A stretch of 64,000 nucleotides of DNA from the NCBI RefSeq assembly GCF_036365525.1, contig NC_090373.1:52977339-53041338 (forward strand), in the 5' to 3' direction. The notes under the pieces were generated by a model. That model was not told the DNA's origin, did no database searches, and saw only the letters and a program-made list of their open reading frames with translations. The stretch is from Heterodontus francisci. Its lineage: Eukaryota. Every line of letters starts with the position of its first letter. Position 1 is the first letter of the stretch. This document shows positions 39,280 to 51,371 of the stretch, piece by piece. The position numbers and the translations under genes are program-made.

Positions 39280-40038
39280 AGTGAACTATACAGTAAATAG
39301 AAAAGTCCTGGGGAAAATTGATGTCCAGAGAGATTTGGGTGTTCAGGTCCACTGTTCCCTGAAGGTGGCAACGCAGGTAAATAGAGTGGTCAAGAAGGCA
39401 TACGGCATGCTTTCCTTCATCGGACGGGGTATTGAGTACAAGAGTTGGCAGGTCATGTTACAGTTGTATAGGACTTTGGTTCGGCCACATTTGGAATACT
39501 GCGTACAGTTCTGGTCGCCACATTACCAAAAGGATGTGGATGCTTTGGAGAGGGTGCAGAGGAGGTTCACCAGGATGTTGCCTGGTATGGAGGGCGCTAG
39601 CTATGAAGAGAGGTTGAGTAGATTAGGATTATTTTCATTAGAAAGACGGAGGTTGAGGGGGGACCTGATTGAGGTGTACAAAATCATGAGAGGTATAGAC
39701 AGGGTGGATAGCAAGAGGCTTTTTCCCAGAGTGGGGGATTCAATTACTAGAGGACACTAGTTCAAAGTGAAAGGGGAAAAGTTTAGGGGGGATATGCGTG
39801 GAAAGTTCTTTACGCAGAGGGTGGTGGGTGCCTGGAACGCGTTGCCAGCGGAGGTGGTAGATGCGGGCACGATGGCGTCTTTTAAGATGTATCTAGACAG
39901 ATACATGAATGGGCAGGAAGAAAAGAGATACAGAACCTTAGAAAATAGGCGACATGTTTAGAGAGAGGATTTGGATCGGCACAGGCTTGGAGGGCCGAAG
40001 GGCCTGTTCCTGTGCTGTAATTATCTTTGTTCTTTGTT
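39280..40038 (+). mobile_element. Relatively young 5'-truncated CR1 (HER1-like)
   Basis: Frame open 39281-39961 apart from one TAG; gggccgaagggcctgttcctgtgctgta plus (TCTTTGT)n tail. Confidence 0.9.
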
Positions 40039-41578
40039 TGTTTTTGATGCTGCCAAATTGATCCTTGCTGCTTAAAGTTTTCTTATTTTTCAGATGTGGG
40101 TATCACTGATGAGGCTTTTGTTTTATTGCTTATTCCTAGTTACCCATATAGTGTGGGACAGGAGTGACGGAGGCAATTCCTCCTTGAAGGACATGAGTAA
40201 CCCAGTTGGGATCTTACAACAACTGGTATGCTGATTTTTCTGGTGTCAGCCCACAAATTACTAGAACTTTACTTTTACATAAAATTCAATTTCACAACTT
40301 TCATAGTGAGATTTGAGCTTATGAATTCTTGAGCCAGTACTATAACCACCAACCTCCTATCCCTTCAAGTTTTCAAGCTGCATCTACACTCAAAAGTGTC
40401 ATTAAGGTCTCTTGAAAGGGGAGGAAAGTATTTCTATTCCTTCCTGTACAAATACAATTAATTAAATCTAAAGATTGGAGTTGATTTTTCTAACCATTAG
40501 CATTGCCAATGGTTAGTGTTGCTCTCACTTGATTTGGTGGAGTCAGTTGTTTATGCAGTCGCAGAGTCATAGAGTTGTGGATGAGCTCCCAATCCATATG
40601 GAGTCTGGTATTGGGAACTCTCCGAAATCCTGCTTACAAGGGGTGATGGGTACCTTTAAAGGGATGTTACCATAAGGCAGCATATGGAATAAAAATTGTA
40701 GCTGGCACAATATTTGTAGAGGAGGGAGGGTGGAATGGTGCCATAGTTTAATCCTCTGATTTTTGGCTGGCAAAGTAGATGTGCAGAATGAGTTGTTGAC
40801 AAAGAAAGTAGTCCAGCTTTCCTCTTCATGGCACTCTCCATTAAAGAGAATTATAGCATGCTTGGAAAAAGGCAGAGGAATACTTGATGGTGTTGCTGAC
40901 ATCAATGTTGTGGAACTACCAAAAAAAAAAAGCTGTGTTGGCACATTTGGCACAAAATCTCACCACCTAAGGAAATAGGACAAAAAAGGTTCAAAAATTG
41001 CTTCAGACTTCAGTTGCAAATCTTACTTTTGAGCTTACCCCTAGCGGTAGCATTGTCAGCAAATGCAGCCGATTGTTTATTGGATGAAAATAGATCTCTG
41101 CCTATTTTCCCAATTTCTCTCAGCCGTATATGAAAATTCTAGCATTTAATGAATACTTCTTGAACAGAGTTTTCTTAAAAATGTGTTCTCAGGATGTGTG
41201 ATGCTGACGAGGCTGCATTTATTGAGATGATTGTAGTGGGTCTTTTCTTTGAATTGTTGCAGTCCATGTGATGGCACTCCCATGATTGTGTTAGATGTGT
41301 GTTACGACCAGGTGAGGAAGGAGTCTCAGGCTTGCCTTTCGGCCCTTTTCTGGTTTGACTGCAACAGGATTTATTCTTTTAACACTGTGATTTAGCTTAC
41401 CACCTTAGTGAGCACTTGCTCACTGTTCCTCGATTGTAATTACAAATGAACCAATCGGACAGGCTTTCTTGAGTTCGAACAAGAAAGATGTAAGTTTATT
41501 AACCTTATCACTCCAAACCGGTTAAAATTACCAAAATAGGCAACACATTCATGCTCACATTCATACAAGAGGCATGTG

Positions 41579-41580
<2 letters not shown>

Positions 41581-41619
<39 letters not shown>
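41581..41619. repeat. (CA)n microsatellite within LTR
   Basis: About 19 units seen directly. Confidence 0.95.
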
Positions 41620-41624
<5 letters not shown>

Positions 41625-42296
41625 TAAGATACAGAGGGGAAAAAACAAAGTTGGGAGGTTGGGGTAAAGTCCTTAATAAAAATGGAATTTAAATCCGGAA
41701 GTGTAGTCCCTGTGTCCTTAGTTGAAATTGAAGTCTTCAAGTCCTCGCAAGGCCACGTGCACAATTCGGGCTTGCTTCTCTGGTTCCAGAAGGCTGAAGA
41801 GAGGCTTTATCTGTCCTCTTGCTGACTGTGAGGATCTCTAGATTTGAGGGTTAGCTGCAGAGAGGGAGAGAGAGGTGCTTTCTTCCTTGGAATTCAGTTA
41901 TTGTCTACCTTCAGTGGCACAATTCACAAACTTCCAGACTTGTACAAGCAGTCATGTCATGTGATCACCTTTTTGTGTTTGAATCGAAGTCTTCTGGAAT
42001 GTTCTTTGAGATTCAAGACTCTCCTCAAGCTGTTCAAACATACTTGGTAGTGGGTGGCGGGGGCAGGGTTTGTCTCTTTCAAAGTCAATGGGTGTCGATG
42101 GCTTTTGATGACCAACATTGACAAAACCGTTCTAGGTAATTGAATCAGGGAGCACCCCATTGTTCTAGCTAGACTGGGTAATCACCTTTGTCTCCCACCC
42201 GGCCTTTGGTTTCTCGTATGAAAATTGTGCATGGCCATCTTTACTGCTCTGATCTGCTTTTTAAAAGTTATTAGTAATTATGTCCAGTAAAAAGTC

Positions 42297-42514
42297 GGGA
42301 GTCAGTTGCCAGCATTCGCCAGAGCTGGCGGGCAGCCATAAAGACAGGGCTAAATTGTGGCGAGTCGAAGAGACTTAGTAGTTGGCAGGAAAAAAAGACA
42401 GAGGCGCAAGGGGAGAGCCAACTGTGCAACAGCCCCAACAAACAAATTTCTCCACTGACCACCTCCAGGCGCGTATCCATTGTCTCTCGAGATAAGGAGG
42501 CCCAAAAGAAGAAG
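42297..42514 (+). mobile_element. RTE LINE 3' fragment inserted in LTR
   Basis: Homologous to 38376-38787 with an internal deletion; (GAA)n tail; 8-bp TSD AAAAAGTC. Confidence 0.85.
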
Positions 42515-44590
42515 AAAAAGTCTTGGGCAAAATTCCATACGAAATTAATATTTTCCATTTGGCATGTGGGCTTTCCATCACACCTCCGTGCCATGTTGAA
42601 TGAAATGCGACAATGGAGAGCATTTCATTATAAGTTTTAAAAAGAGCAAACACAGGAAAACACACAAGCATTTTTCATTCACTGTCAACCACTCAGAAAT
42701 CTTAATATTGTTGCAGCTTATCTTTTTCTCTCATGGGTCTCAGGTTAGGTGTTGCCCAATGGGTTTAAAGTTTATTTAGTATCAGTTTATAATAAGCTGG
42801 GAATGGGTATCTTAATACACATGTGGTTGTTGGGGAAGCTTGATGTCTGCATATTTCCATAATTGTCCAGGGCGAGTTCTTTGTGCACAAGCTTTAACCC
42901 CTTAGCTGCAACATGTGGTTTGAACTCTTCAGGTTCCAGTACCTTACTAATTTCTCTTCCGATGGTAGTATTGGGTGATAAATTTGACTTAAGCCCCTGT
43001 GAGGTGTTAGATTTCCTCTAGGTCTTTGTTCTTGCTGGAGTCTGAAGTAATATGGTTGGATTTGATTAGCTCTGGGCTTTAGCTCTGATCCTGGGAGTCT
43101 GCAGTGGGTAGATCCACTCTGACCTCACTTTCAGTGTTCTGGTGAGTCATACAAGGGTTGCTCACTTTAGGGCATTTTTGTTTCCCTTTTCTCTTGACTG
43201 TGGGGGAGGATTCTTTGTTAATCTCCCTCATGTCCTCTGGGACATTTCTGCCCACAGGTATTGGTCCAGATTCCACTGCACTCCCCTGCGACACTTCGAC
43301 TAGGTGAGGCATCACCCTCACTGTTTCTCTGCCCTTTTCAGAACTTTCCTTGTCCCTGCAGGTTTCTGCAAATGCTGTTAGCAGTCCTGGTAGGATGCTT
43401 CTTTTCCTGCATCTATGTAGGAGGGTGTGAGGTCTAATTTTTCCAACATTTCGGGGTTGGCTGACTGGATAGTAGGGGGTTCCATTTGGGAATCCCCCCG
43501 GACCTCCTTTAACCTGTCCTCTTTGTCCTTTTTTATCCCCTTCCTCTCTGTCTGCCAGACCTGTGCCTGTCTGTTCCCTTTTGTTCTCGACAGGGGTCCC
43601 TCACAATTCACCAGCCCTCGGCTGGAGGGTTCTCCAAAAGCTGGTACAGGGATTGGGGTGCAGATTTCACTGCAGGTTGGGGCTTTCTCACAACCTGGCA
43701 CATGTGGCAACTCCGACAGAACTCCACCACATCTTTTTGGAGTTTTGGCCAGTCAAACTGCTGTCTTATGTTGGCTTTGGTTTCTCATATACCAACATGT
43801 ACAGCCATTGTAAGCTCATGATCCTTTCTTAACGTTTCTCTCTGGTCCCTCTGCGGTACCACTGACTGGTGAACCACTGTCCACTCTTTATCCTTGGGTC
43901 TGTGAGAGAGCCAAAGTTCTAATTTTTGCATTCCGTACACCATCAACATTCTGTCAGCAATCTCTCGAGATTGTAATTATGCTGAAGTTTTTACTTTTCA
44001 TTATTCCTCATCACCTCATTCTTTACATAGTAGCAATCAGGTTCACTTTGGTGAGCCTGTACTAACTTTAATACTGGGTCGGCTTGCTGAGCCTCAAGGA
44101 GGGAAGATCCATTTAATCCATTCCCTAGGTCCTCAAACTTCCCAAAGAAAGTTTCAGACAACCAGACCACTTAGTCATCTGTCTGCAGTGACAATTCAGT
44201 CTCCTCTGGGGGAGCTGGTTTGATCATGGCCTGATTCACTACACATTCAGGGGAAATGCAGGGGTCCATCTCCTGCCACTGCCCTGTCTCTTTGACCTCC
44301 TTCAGTCTCTATCAATACTGGGGAAGCTACCACCTTCACCCCCGCCAGATCATTACCTAGGAGTAAGTCAACCCCGTCCACAAGCAAACGAGGGACAATC
44401 CGTACTGTCACCGGTCCCGAAACTAGATCGCACTCCAAGTGCACCCGATGTAAAGGTACAGCTGGATACTGCCCTCTGATACCATTCACTACAATTATAG
44501 TATTCACTGCACTCTGGGGGAAAGATCATGCCTTTTCACAGCAAAAGGTTATCTAGCAGCCCCTGTATCCCTGAGTATGACTATGGGCTT

Positions 44591-44833
44591 ATTAACATAT
44601 TGTTTGCCTTTGCTCCATGACCTTCTGGTCAGCTATTCTGTGACCATGTCATATCTACACCTTCTCCTTTGTTATCTCTTGCCCCACCCCCGCTTTACTT
44701 GCTTATAACCTTTCGCATTTCTAATATTTGCCAGTTCTGAAGAAGGGTCACTGACCTGAAACATCAAATCTGCTTCTCTCTCTACAGATGCTGCCAGATC
44801 TGCTGAGTATTTCCAGCCTTTCTTGTTTTTATT
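44591..44833 (+). mobile_element. Penelope terminal-repeat fragment inserted in the Gypsy protease region
   Basis: Reverse complement of ~50625-50865; flanked by tatgact(at)gggctt duplication. Confidence 0.85.
44733..44770 (+). ncRNA. Minimal type I hammerhead ribozyme motif
   Basis: AGTT-CTGAAGA-AGGGTCACTGACCT-GAAAC-ATC: conserved core boxes, stem II and a short stem I; PLE terminal repeats are known to carry such motifs. Confidence 0.55.
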
Positions 44834-46689
44834 TATGACTGGGCTTGCTTGCCCCACTCGAGGGTATGGGGTTACACTCTTCAAGGATCTTATTAAATTT
44901 TCCTGCAACCACAGCAGAATTTTTTCTGGGTTTTACTGCTGTTGCAGTTAACGCCACAGCTTGTTCTGCTGCGCTTTCCATCAGGGTCCCTTCTGCTGCA
45001 CTGGGCGGGTGTGCCCTGATTAACCCTACAGGCTTTCCCTGTAGTTTCCAGCAGTCAGCTCTGAGGTGACCTGCCTTGTTACCATGGAAACACGCAGGTC
45101 TCCAGGTCTCACTCCTACTTACAGCACCTTCCTTTTTGGCTGGAGGATTGACCCCCTGTGTCTTTTCTTTCTCTCCCAGGACTGGTTGGGCTCCACCTTC
45201 CCGCCCTTTGTCCTTTTTGGGTTTGTGGGGGTGACTAACTAAGAAAGGTTTTCTCCTGGGGTACGGACTTGTAAATGAGAGCGGATTCATCAGCCAGAAC
45301 TGCGGTTTGCCTCGCTCTGTGCACCTTTTGTTCCTCCACATGGGTCTTTATAGAGAGTGGGAGAGTTTTTAAATTCCTCAAGAATAATCACCTCTTGAGG
45401 TTTTCATATGTGGGCTGCACTTTAAGAGCCCTTAACCAGTGGTCAAAAGCTAGCTGCTTACTTCTCTCAAACTCCAGGCAAGTTTGATCATCTTGTTTCT
45501 GGAGGGTTCAGAACTTCTGGCAGTAGGCTTCTGGTACTAGCTCATATGCCCTGAGGATAGCATTTTTAGTCAATTCATAATTTGATGAACTTTTATCTGG
45601 CAGTAGCTTTTCCTGTTAGCTTGCTTTGCAGCACTAGTGTCCAGCTGTCGGCCGGTCATTTTAACAGTCTAGCAAGCTTTTCAAAAGTTACAAAAATGCT
45701 TTCACATCTCCCTCACTGAACTTTGGGATCAGTTGGGAGAATTTTAAGAGCTCAGTACGTGGCCCTGAATTAACTAGTCTCCATATTGGCCATGCTTTCA
45801 CTGGGCTTACCCTGTCGCCCCCTAGCTAATTCAAGCTGTCTCAACTCCCTTTCCTCCTTCTCCTTAAGGAAAGTTCTCTCTCTTTCTTCCTCTTCTCTTT
45901 CTTTTTCTTTCTCTTCTCTCTCTTCTCTCTGGGATACCAATTTGAGTTTCCTCTGTTCTAATTGTATCTTTGCTAATATTACCCTGTCTGAGTCTAATTC
46001 CAACCCTGCCTCTGACTCTTCAGGTTCGAGTGAAAAATGGTTGGCCACAAGTCTTAGGATTTCGGATTTCCTAGCTTTAGCATGGAAAGTAATCCCAAAC
46101 TGCCCAGCCATATTTCTCAACACTTCCCTAGATAGTGCCTTTAACTTATCCCAAGTTTCTTCACCAGGGCTTGGGCAGTTACTGGCTTCGGTCGCGAACA
46201 TGTTAGTATCCTAGCAACACAAACCACAAGAAAACCTGTATTGAAGTCTTTTTTTTTTTGATTGGCATCAATTTGATTTCCCACTTCCAATTTCTTATTT
46301 GTCTGTGGGTACAATGTCGGTCTAGAGCCCCCAAATTTCTGTTACGACCAGGTGAGGAAGGGGTCTCAGGCTTGCCTTTCGCTCCTTCTCTGGTTTCACC
46401 GCAACAGGGTTTATTCTTTCAGCACAGTGATTTTAGGTGACCACCTCAGTGAGCCCTTGCTCACTGCGCTCTCATTACAATTGCAAATGAACCAATAAAG
46501 CAGGTTTCCTTAAGTTTAAACAAGAAAGATGTAAGTTTATTAGCCTCATCACTCTAACCTCGTTAAAATTACTAAAATATGTGACACAACCACACTCTCA
46601 TGCATCCGAGAGGCGCGCACACACACACAAATAGATATAGAGGGGAAGAAGGAATTGGGGATGGGGGTGGGTGGTTGAAGTAGAGTCCC

Positions 46690-48914
46690 TGATTGCTACT
46701 ATTTAAAGAATGAGGTACTGATGAGAAGTAGAGTTCTCCTCGCAGATCTGAGGGCAATGAGTGGACAGGGGTTCACCAGTTAGTGGTGCTGCAGAGGTAC
46801 CATAAAGAAATATTAAGAATGGCCCCTGAGTTGACAATGTCGGTGTATGAAAAACCAAAGCCCGCATAAGACGGCCGTTTGACTGGCCAAAACTCCACAA
46901 GGATGTAGTGGAGTACTGTAGAGCTTGCCACATGTGCCAGGTTGTGGGGAAACCCCAACCTACAGTAAAATCTGCACCCCTAATTCCTGAACAGGCATTT
47001 GGAGGACCGTCCAGCAGAGGGCTGGTGAACTGTGAAGGACCCCTGCTGAGAATAAAAGGGGACAGACAGGCACAGATCTGGCAGAGAGTTAGAGAGGAAG
47101 GGGACAAAAAGGACAGAGGACAGGTTAAAGGAGGTCTGGGAGGTTTCCCAAATGAAAACCCCTACTGTCTGGTCAGCCAACTCCAAAATGTTAGAAAAAT
47201 TAGACCCCATATCCTCCTATATAAATTCAGACATCAGAAGCACCCCACCAGGTTTGTTAACAGCATTTGCAGAAACCTGCAGGGACAAAGGAAGCCCTCA
47301 AGAAGGCAGAGAAACAGTGACGGTGATGCCTCATCTAGTCAAAGTGCCTTGGGAGTGCAGTGGAATTTGGACAAATGCTTGCAAGCAGGAGGGTCCCAGA
47401 GGACAAAGGGAAGATTAACAAAGAATCCTCCCCCACAGTCGAGAGAAAAGGGAGCCAACAATTCCCTGAAGTAAACAGTAGTTGGATGACTCACCAGAGC
47501 ACTGAAAGTGAGGTAGAGTGGATCCATCCACTGCAGCCATCCATGATCAGAGCCCAATAGGAACAAAGACACCCTAGACAATTATGGAAATATGCAAACA
47601 TCGAACTTCCCCAAAAATCACATGTTTATTGGGATGCCCATTCCCAACTTATTGCAAGCTGATATTAAAGAAACTTTAAACCCTTGGGCAACACATAACT
47701 ATATCAGACCTACCTCAAGGGAAAAGGGCAGTTTAAAGCAGCACTGCTTCAAAGGAAAGACAGACTGTAACAACTTCTAAGATTTCTGAACGAATGAGAG
47801 AAATGCATGTGTGCTTTCCTGTATTTTCCTTCCAACTTATAATGAAATGCTCCCAATATCGCATTTCATTTGGCGTGGAGCGGAGGTGTGATGGAAATCG
47901 CACCTGCCAAATGGAAACATCTATATTTTCTCATATGGGACACTGCTTGAAACCTTTTTACTGGACATTGCGAATAACTTGTTTAAAAGAACAGAACTGA
48001 CCAGCTGAAAACACAGTTGGACATTTGCATTGAGAAGACAAGGACTAGTTATGAGACCATTGAATAGAGAGACAATGGGAGTGCTCAGTGATTCAGTTAG
48101 CAAGATGGGTTTTGTCAATACTGGTGATCAACATCCGTTGACAGTGGGTTAAGAGCCAGCACTCCACCCCTCACCGAGTGTGTATGGAAAGCTTTGAAAT
48201 CCAACAACCCTCCAAGAAGCTGCTGTTTCAAACAAAGTGATGGTCACAAAACCTACCTGCTGGCCAAACGGGCTTTTTGAATTATGCATCACAGAAAGGA
48301 AACAGACTGCGTCTGGACTGGCAGAAGAAAAAGTCCCCCCCCCCCCCCCCCCACCTACCCCGCACCCCTCTCTCTCTCTCTCTCCAGCAAAGTCCTAGGG
48401 ATCCCACAGTGGCAGCTTAGATTTTAAAACTACAGACAAAGCCCCTCTTCAGCCTTCTGGTACCAGAGAAGCAAGTCTGAAATTGTGCACCGGGCCCCAG
48501 CGAGGGCTCCAAGACCGTCACTTCAATCAAGGACACTACCGCAAGGACACTAATAACCATATCTGTATTCCATTTATTACGTACTCTACTTCAACCCTCC
48601 CACCCAATTCTTTATCCCCCTCTGTATCTATTTGTGTGTGTGTGTGCCTCTTGTATGCATATGAGCATGGTTGTGTCGCGTATTTTAGTAATTTTAACCA
48701 GGTTAGAGTGATAAGGCTAATACACTTGCATCATTCTTGTTCAAACTCAGGAAAACCTATCTGGTTCATTTGCAATTGTAATGAGAGTGCAGTGAGCAAG
48801 GACTCACTGAGGTGGTAAGCTAAAAATCACTGTTTTAAAAGATAAACCCTGTTACGGCCAAACCAGAGAAGGAGCAAGAAGGGAGCCTGAGACCCCTTCC
48901 TCACCTGTCATAAA
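46690..48914 (+). mobile_element. Gypsy Gmr1-type element D (3' half): integrase N-terminus, extra segment, PPT, LTR 47887-48914
   Basis: EYCRACHMCQVVGKP..AFGGPSSRGLVNCEGPL; PPT ggagcggagg then TGTGATGG; ends gagaccccttcctcacctgtcataa. Confidence 0.85.
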
Positions 48915-50586
48915 CCTCGACAATGTTTCTTAAGGTCAGGTTAGCAAATGTAACACTGCTATTCAAGAAAGGAGGGGGGAGAGAAAACCGAGAACCACAG
49001 GCAAGTTAGCCTGACATCAGTCTTCGGGAAAATGCTGGGATCTATTATTAAGGACGTCTTAACTCATTTAGAAAATTATAGTATGATCAGACAAAGTCAA
49101 CATGGTTTTACAAAAGGGAAATCGTGTTTGACTAATTTATTAGGCTTTTTGAGGATGTAACGAGTATGTTAGGTAAAGGGGAAACAGTAGATGTAGTATA
49201 CTTGGACTTTCAAAAGGCATTTGATAAGGTGCCACACAAAAAGTTAATATGCACGATAAGGGCACATGGAGTTGTGGGCAATATATTTGCATGGATAGAA
49301 TATTGGTTAACGTACAGGAAGCAAAGAGTAGGGATAAACAGGGTGTTTTCAAGTTGGCAGGCTGTGATTAGTGGAGTGCCATGAGGATCAGTGCTAGGGC
49401 TCAACTTTAAGCAATCTACATTAAGAATTTAAATGAAGAGACAGGGCGTAATGTACCTACGTTTGCTGACAAGACAAAGCTAACGTAAACTGTGAGGAGG
49501 GCACCAAGAGGCTGCAAAGAAATATGGGCAGGTTAAGTGATTGGGCAAAAAGGTGGCAGATGGAGTATAATGTGGGCAAGTGTGAGGTTATTGACTTTAG
49601 TAGTAAGAATAGAAAAGCAGAACTTTTTAAAAAAGGTGTTGAACTTTGTAAATGTTGATGTTCAGAAGTAGTTGGGTATACTCATACAAGGAACACAAAG
49701 TCAGCATGCAGGTACAGCAAATAATTAGGAAGGCGAATGTCATGTTGGCTTTTATTGCAAAGGGATTGGAGTACAAGAATAAGGAAGTCTTTCTACAATT
49801 GTATGGGCTTTAGTGAGACCACATGTGGAGTGCTGTGCACAGTTTTGGCTCAGTATTTAAGGAAGGATATATGAAGGTTCACTACGTTAGTTCCTGGAAT
49901 GAAAGGGTTGTCCTATGGTGAGAGGCTGAGTAAATTGGGTCTAAATTCTTGAGTTTAGAAGAATGAAAGGTGATCTCATTGAATCATACAAGATTCTGAA
50001 AGGGCTTGACCTGGGTAGACACTGAGAGGTTGTTTCTCCTGGCTGGGGAATCTAAAACACGGGAACATAATCTCAATATTAGGACTGAGATGAGAAATTT
50101 CTTCACTTAAAAGGTTGTGAGTCTTTGGAATTCTCTATCCCAGAGGGTTGTGGATGCTCCATTGTTGAATTTATTTAAGGCTAAGGTAAACAGATTTTTG
50201 GTCTGTCAGGAAATCAAGGGATATGGGGTGTAAGATTTTTGTGTGTTTAGGTGGGATGTTGACTAGCTTTTGACCACAAGATACAAGCTCTGGTTGCTTA
50301 ATCAAGATAGTGAGTTTATTAAGTACAGCAGGAATATACAAGCAATACTTAACCAACGGCAGTAGTTAAACAGCAGAGTGTCGGGTGTCCTCGGTCCTTG
50401 CTGTCCGAGCTGCTGTGGCGCCGTCTTCTTTCTTGAGGTGTTCTATTGACTGTAGGGTGTTCTATTCACTGTAAGTTGGTTTCTTCTTGAATTGGTGTAC
50501 CCCGGGTTGGCCCAGCACCTGCCATTATTTATGGTTCCTTCCGAGGTTTCCTCCCTTCCATATTAGGTTACAGTCCACTTTAACCC

Positions 50587-51371
50587 AGTATGATAAAAGC
50601 AAAATACTGCGGATGCTGGAAATCTGAAATAAAAACAAGGAATGCTGGAACCACTCAGCAGGTCTGGCAGCATCTGTGGAAGGAGAAGCAGAGTTAACGT
50701 TTCGGGCCAGTGACCCTTCTTCGGAACTGACAAATATTAAAAATGTCACAGGTTATAAGCAAGTGAGGTGGGGGTGGGGCAAGAGATAACAAAGGAGAAG
50801 GTGTAGATTGAACAAGGCCACATAGCTGACCAAAAGGTCACGGAGCAAAGGCAAACAATATGTTAATGGTGTGTTGAAAGACAAAGCATTAGTACAGAAT
50901 AGGTGTTAACGGACTGAATATTGAACAGCAAGTGCAAACATGAAAAAAAAAACAGTGGGTAAGCAAACTGAACAGACTAAGATGACACGAAATAAATGCA
51001 AAAAAAGGTTGTAAAAAATGTAAAAAAGAAAAAACAACTAAAAATGAAAGTAAAATGGGGGGCTGTCATGCTCTGAAATTATTGAACTCCATGTTCAGTC
51101 CGGCAGGCTGTAGTGTGCCTAATCGGTAGATGAGATGCTGTTCCTCGAGCTTGCGTTGATGTTCACTGCAGCAATCCCAGGACAGAGATGAGAGCAGGGG
51201 GGAGTGTTGAAATGGCAAGCAACCGGAAGCTCAGGGTCCTGCTTGCGGACCGAGCGGAGGTATTCCGCAAAGCGGTCACCCAGTCTGCGCTTGGTCTCCC
51301 CAATGTAGAGGAGACCACATTGTGAGCAGCGAATACAGTATACTACATTGAAAGAAGTACAAGTAAGTACA
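50587..51371 (-). mobile_element. Penelope-like element: GIY-YIG endonuclease remnant plus terminal repeat
   Basis: Translation TCTSFNVVYCIRCSQCGLLYIGETKRRLGDRFAEYLRSV...RKLEEQHLIYRLGTLQPAGLN; 15-bp duplication AGTCCACTTTAACCC. Confidence 0.9.
50692..50729 (-). ncRNA. Minimal hammerhead ribozyme motif (U4C core variant)
   Basis: Reverse complement: cAGTT CCGAAGA aGGGTCactGGCCC GAAACGTT AACT. Confidence 0.5.

Larger units (their letters stand above)
41300..46690 (-). mobile_element. Gypsy Gmr1-type element C: truncated 5' LTR 46340-46690, tRNA-Pro PBS, gag, protease, integrase Zn finger, no RT, PPT, 3' LTR 41300-42582
   Basis: PBS TGGGGGCTC (46333-46325); gag 46201-44829 with degenerate knuckle CFHGNKAGHLRADC; protease ILRDTG..VDLLLGNDL; integrase N-terminus ~43830-43620; direct LTR repeats. 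Confidence 0.9.

Noticed and set aside
40567-40978. 128-aa and overlapping ORFs in apparently unique DNA
   Set aside because: No splice structure or host-protein similarity; faint resemblance to a decayed LINE pre-RT region
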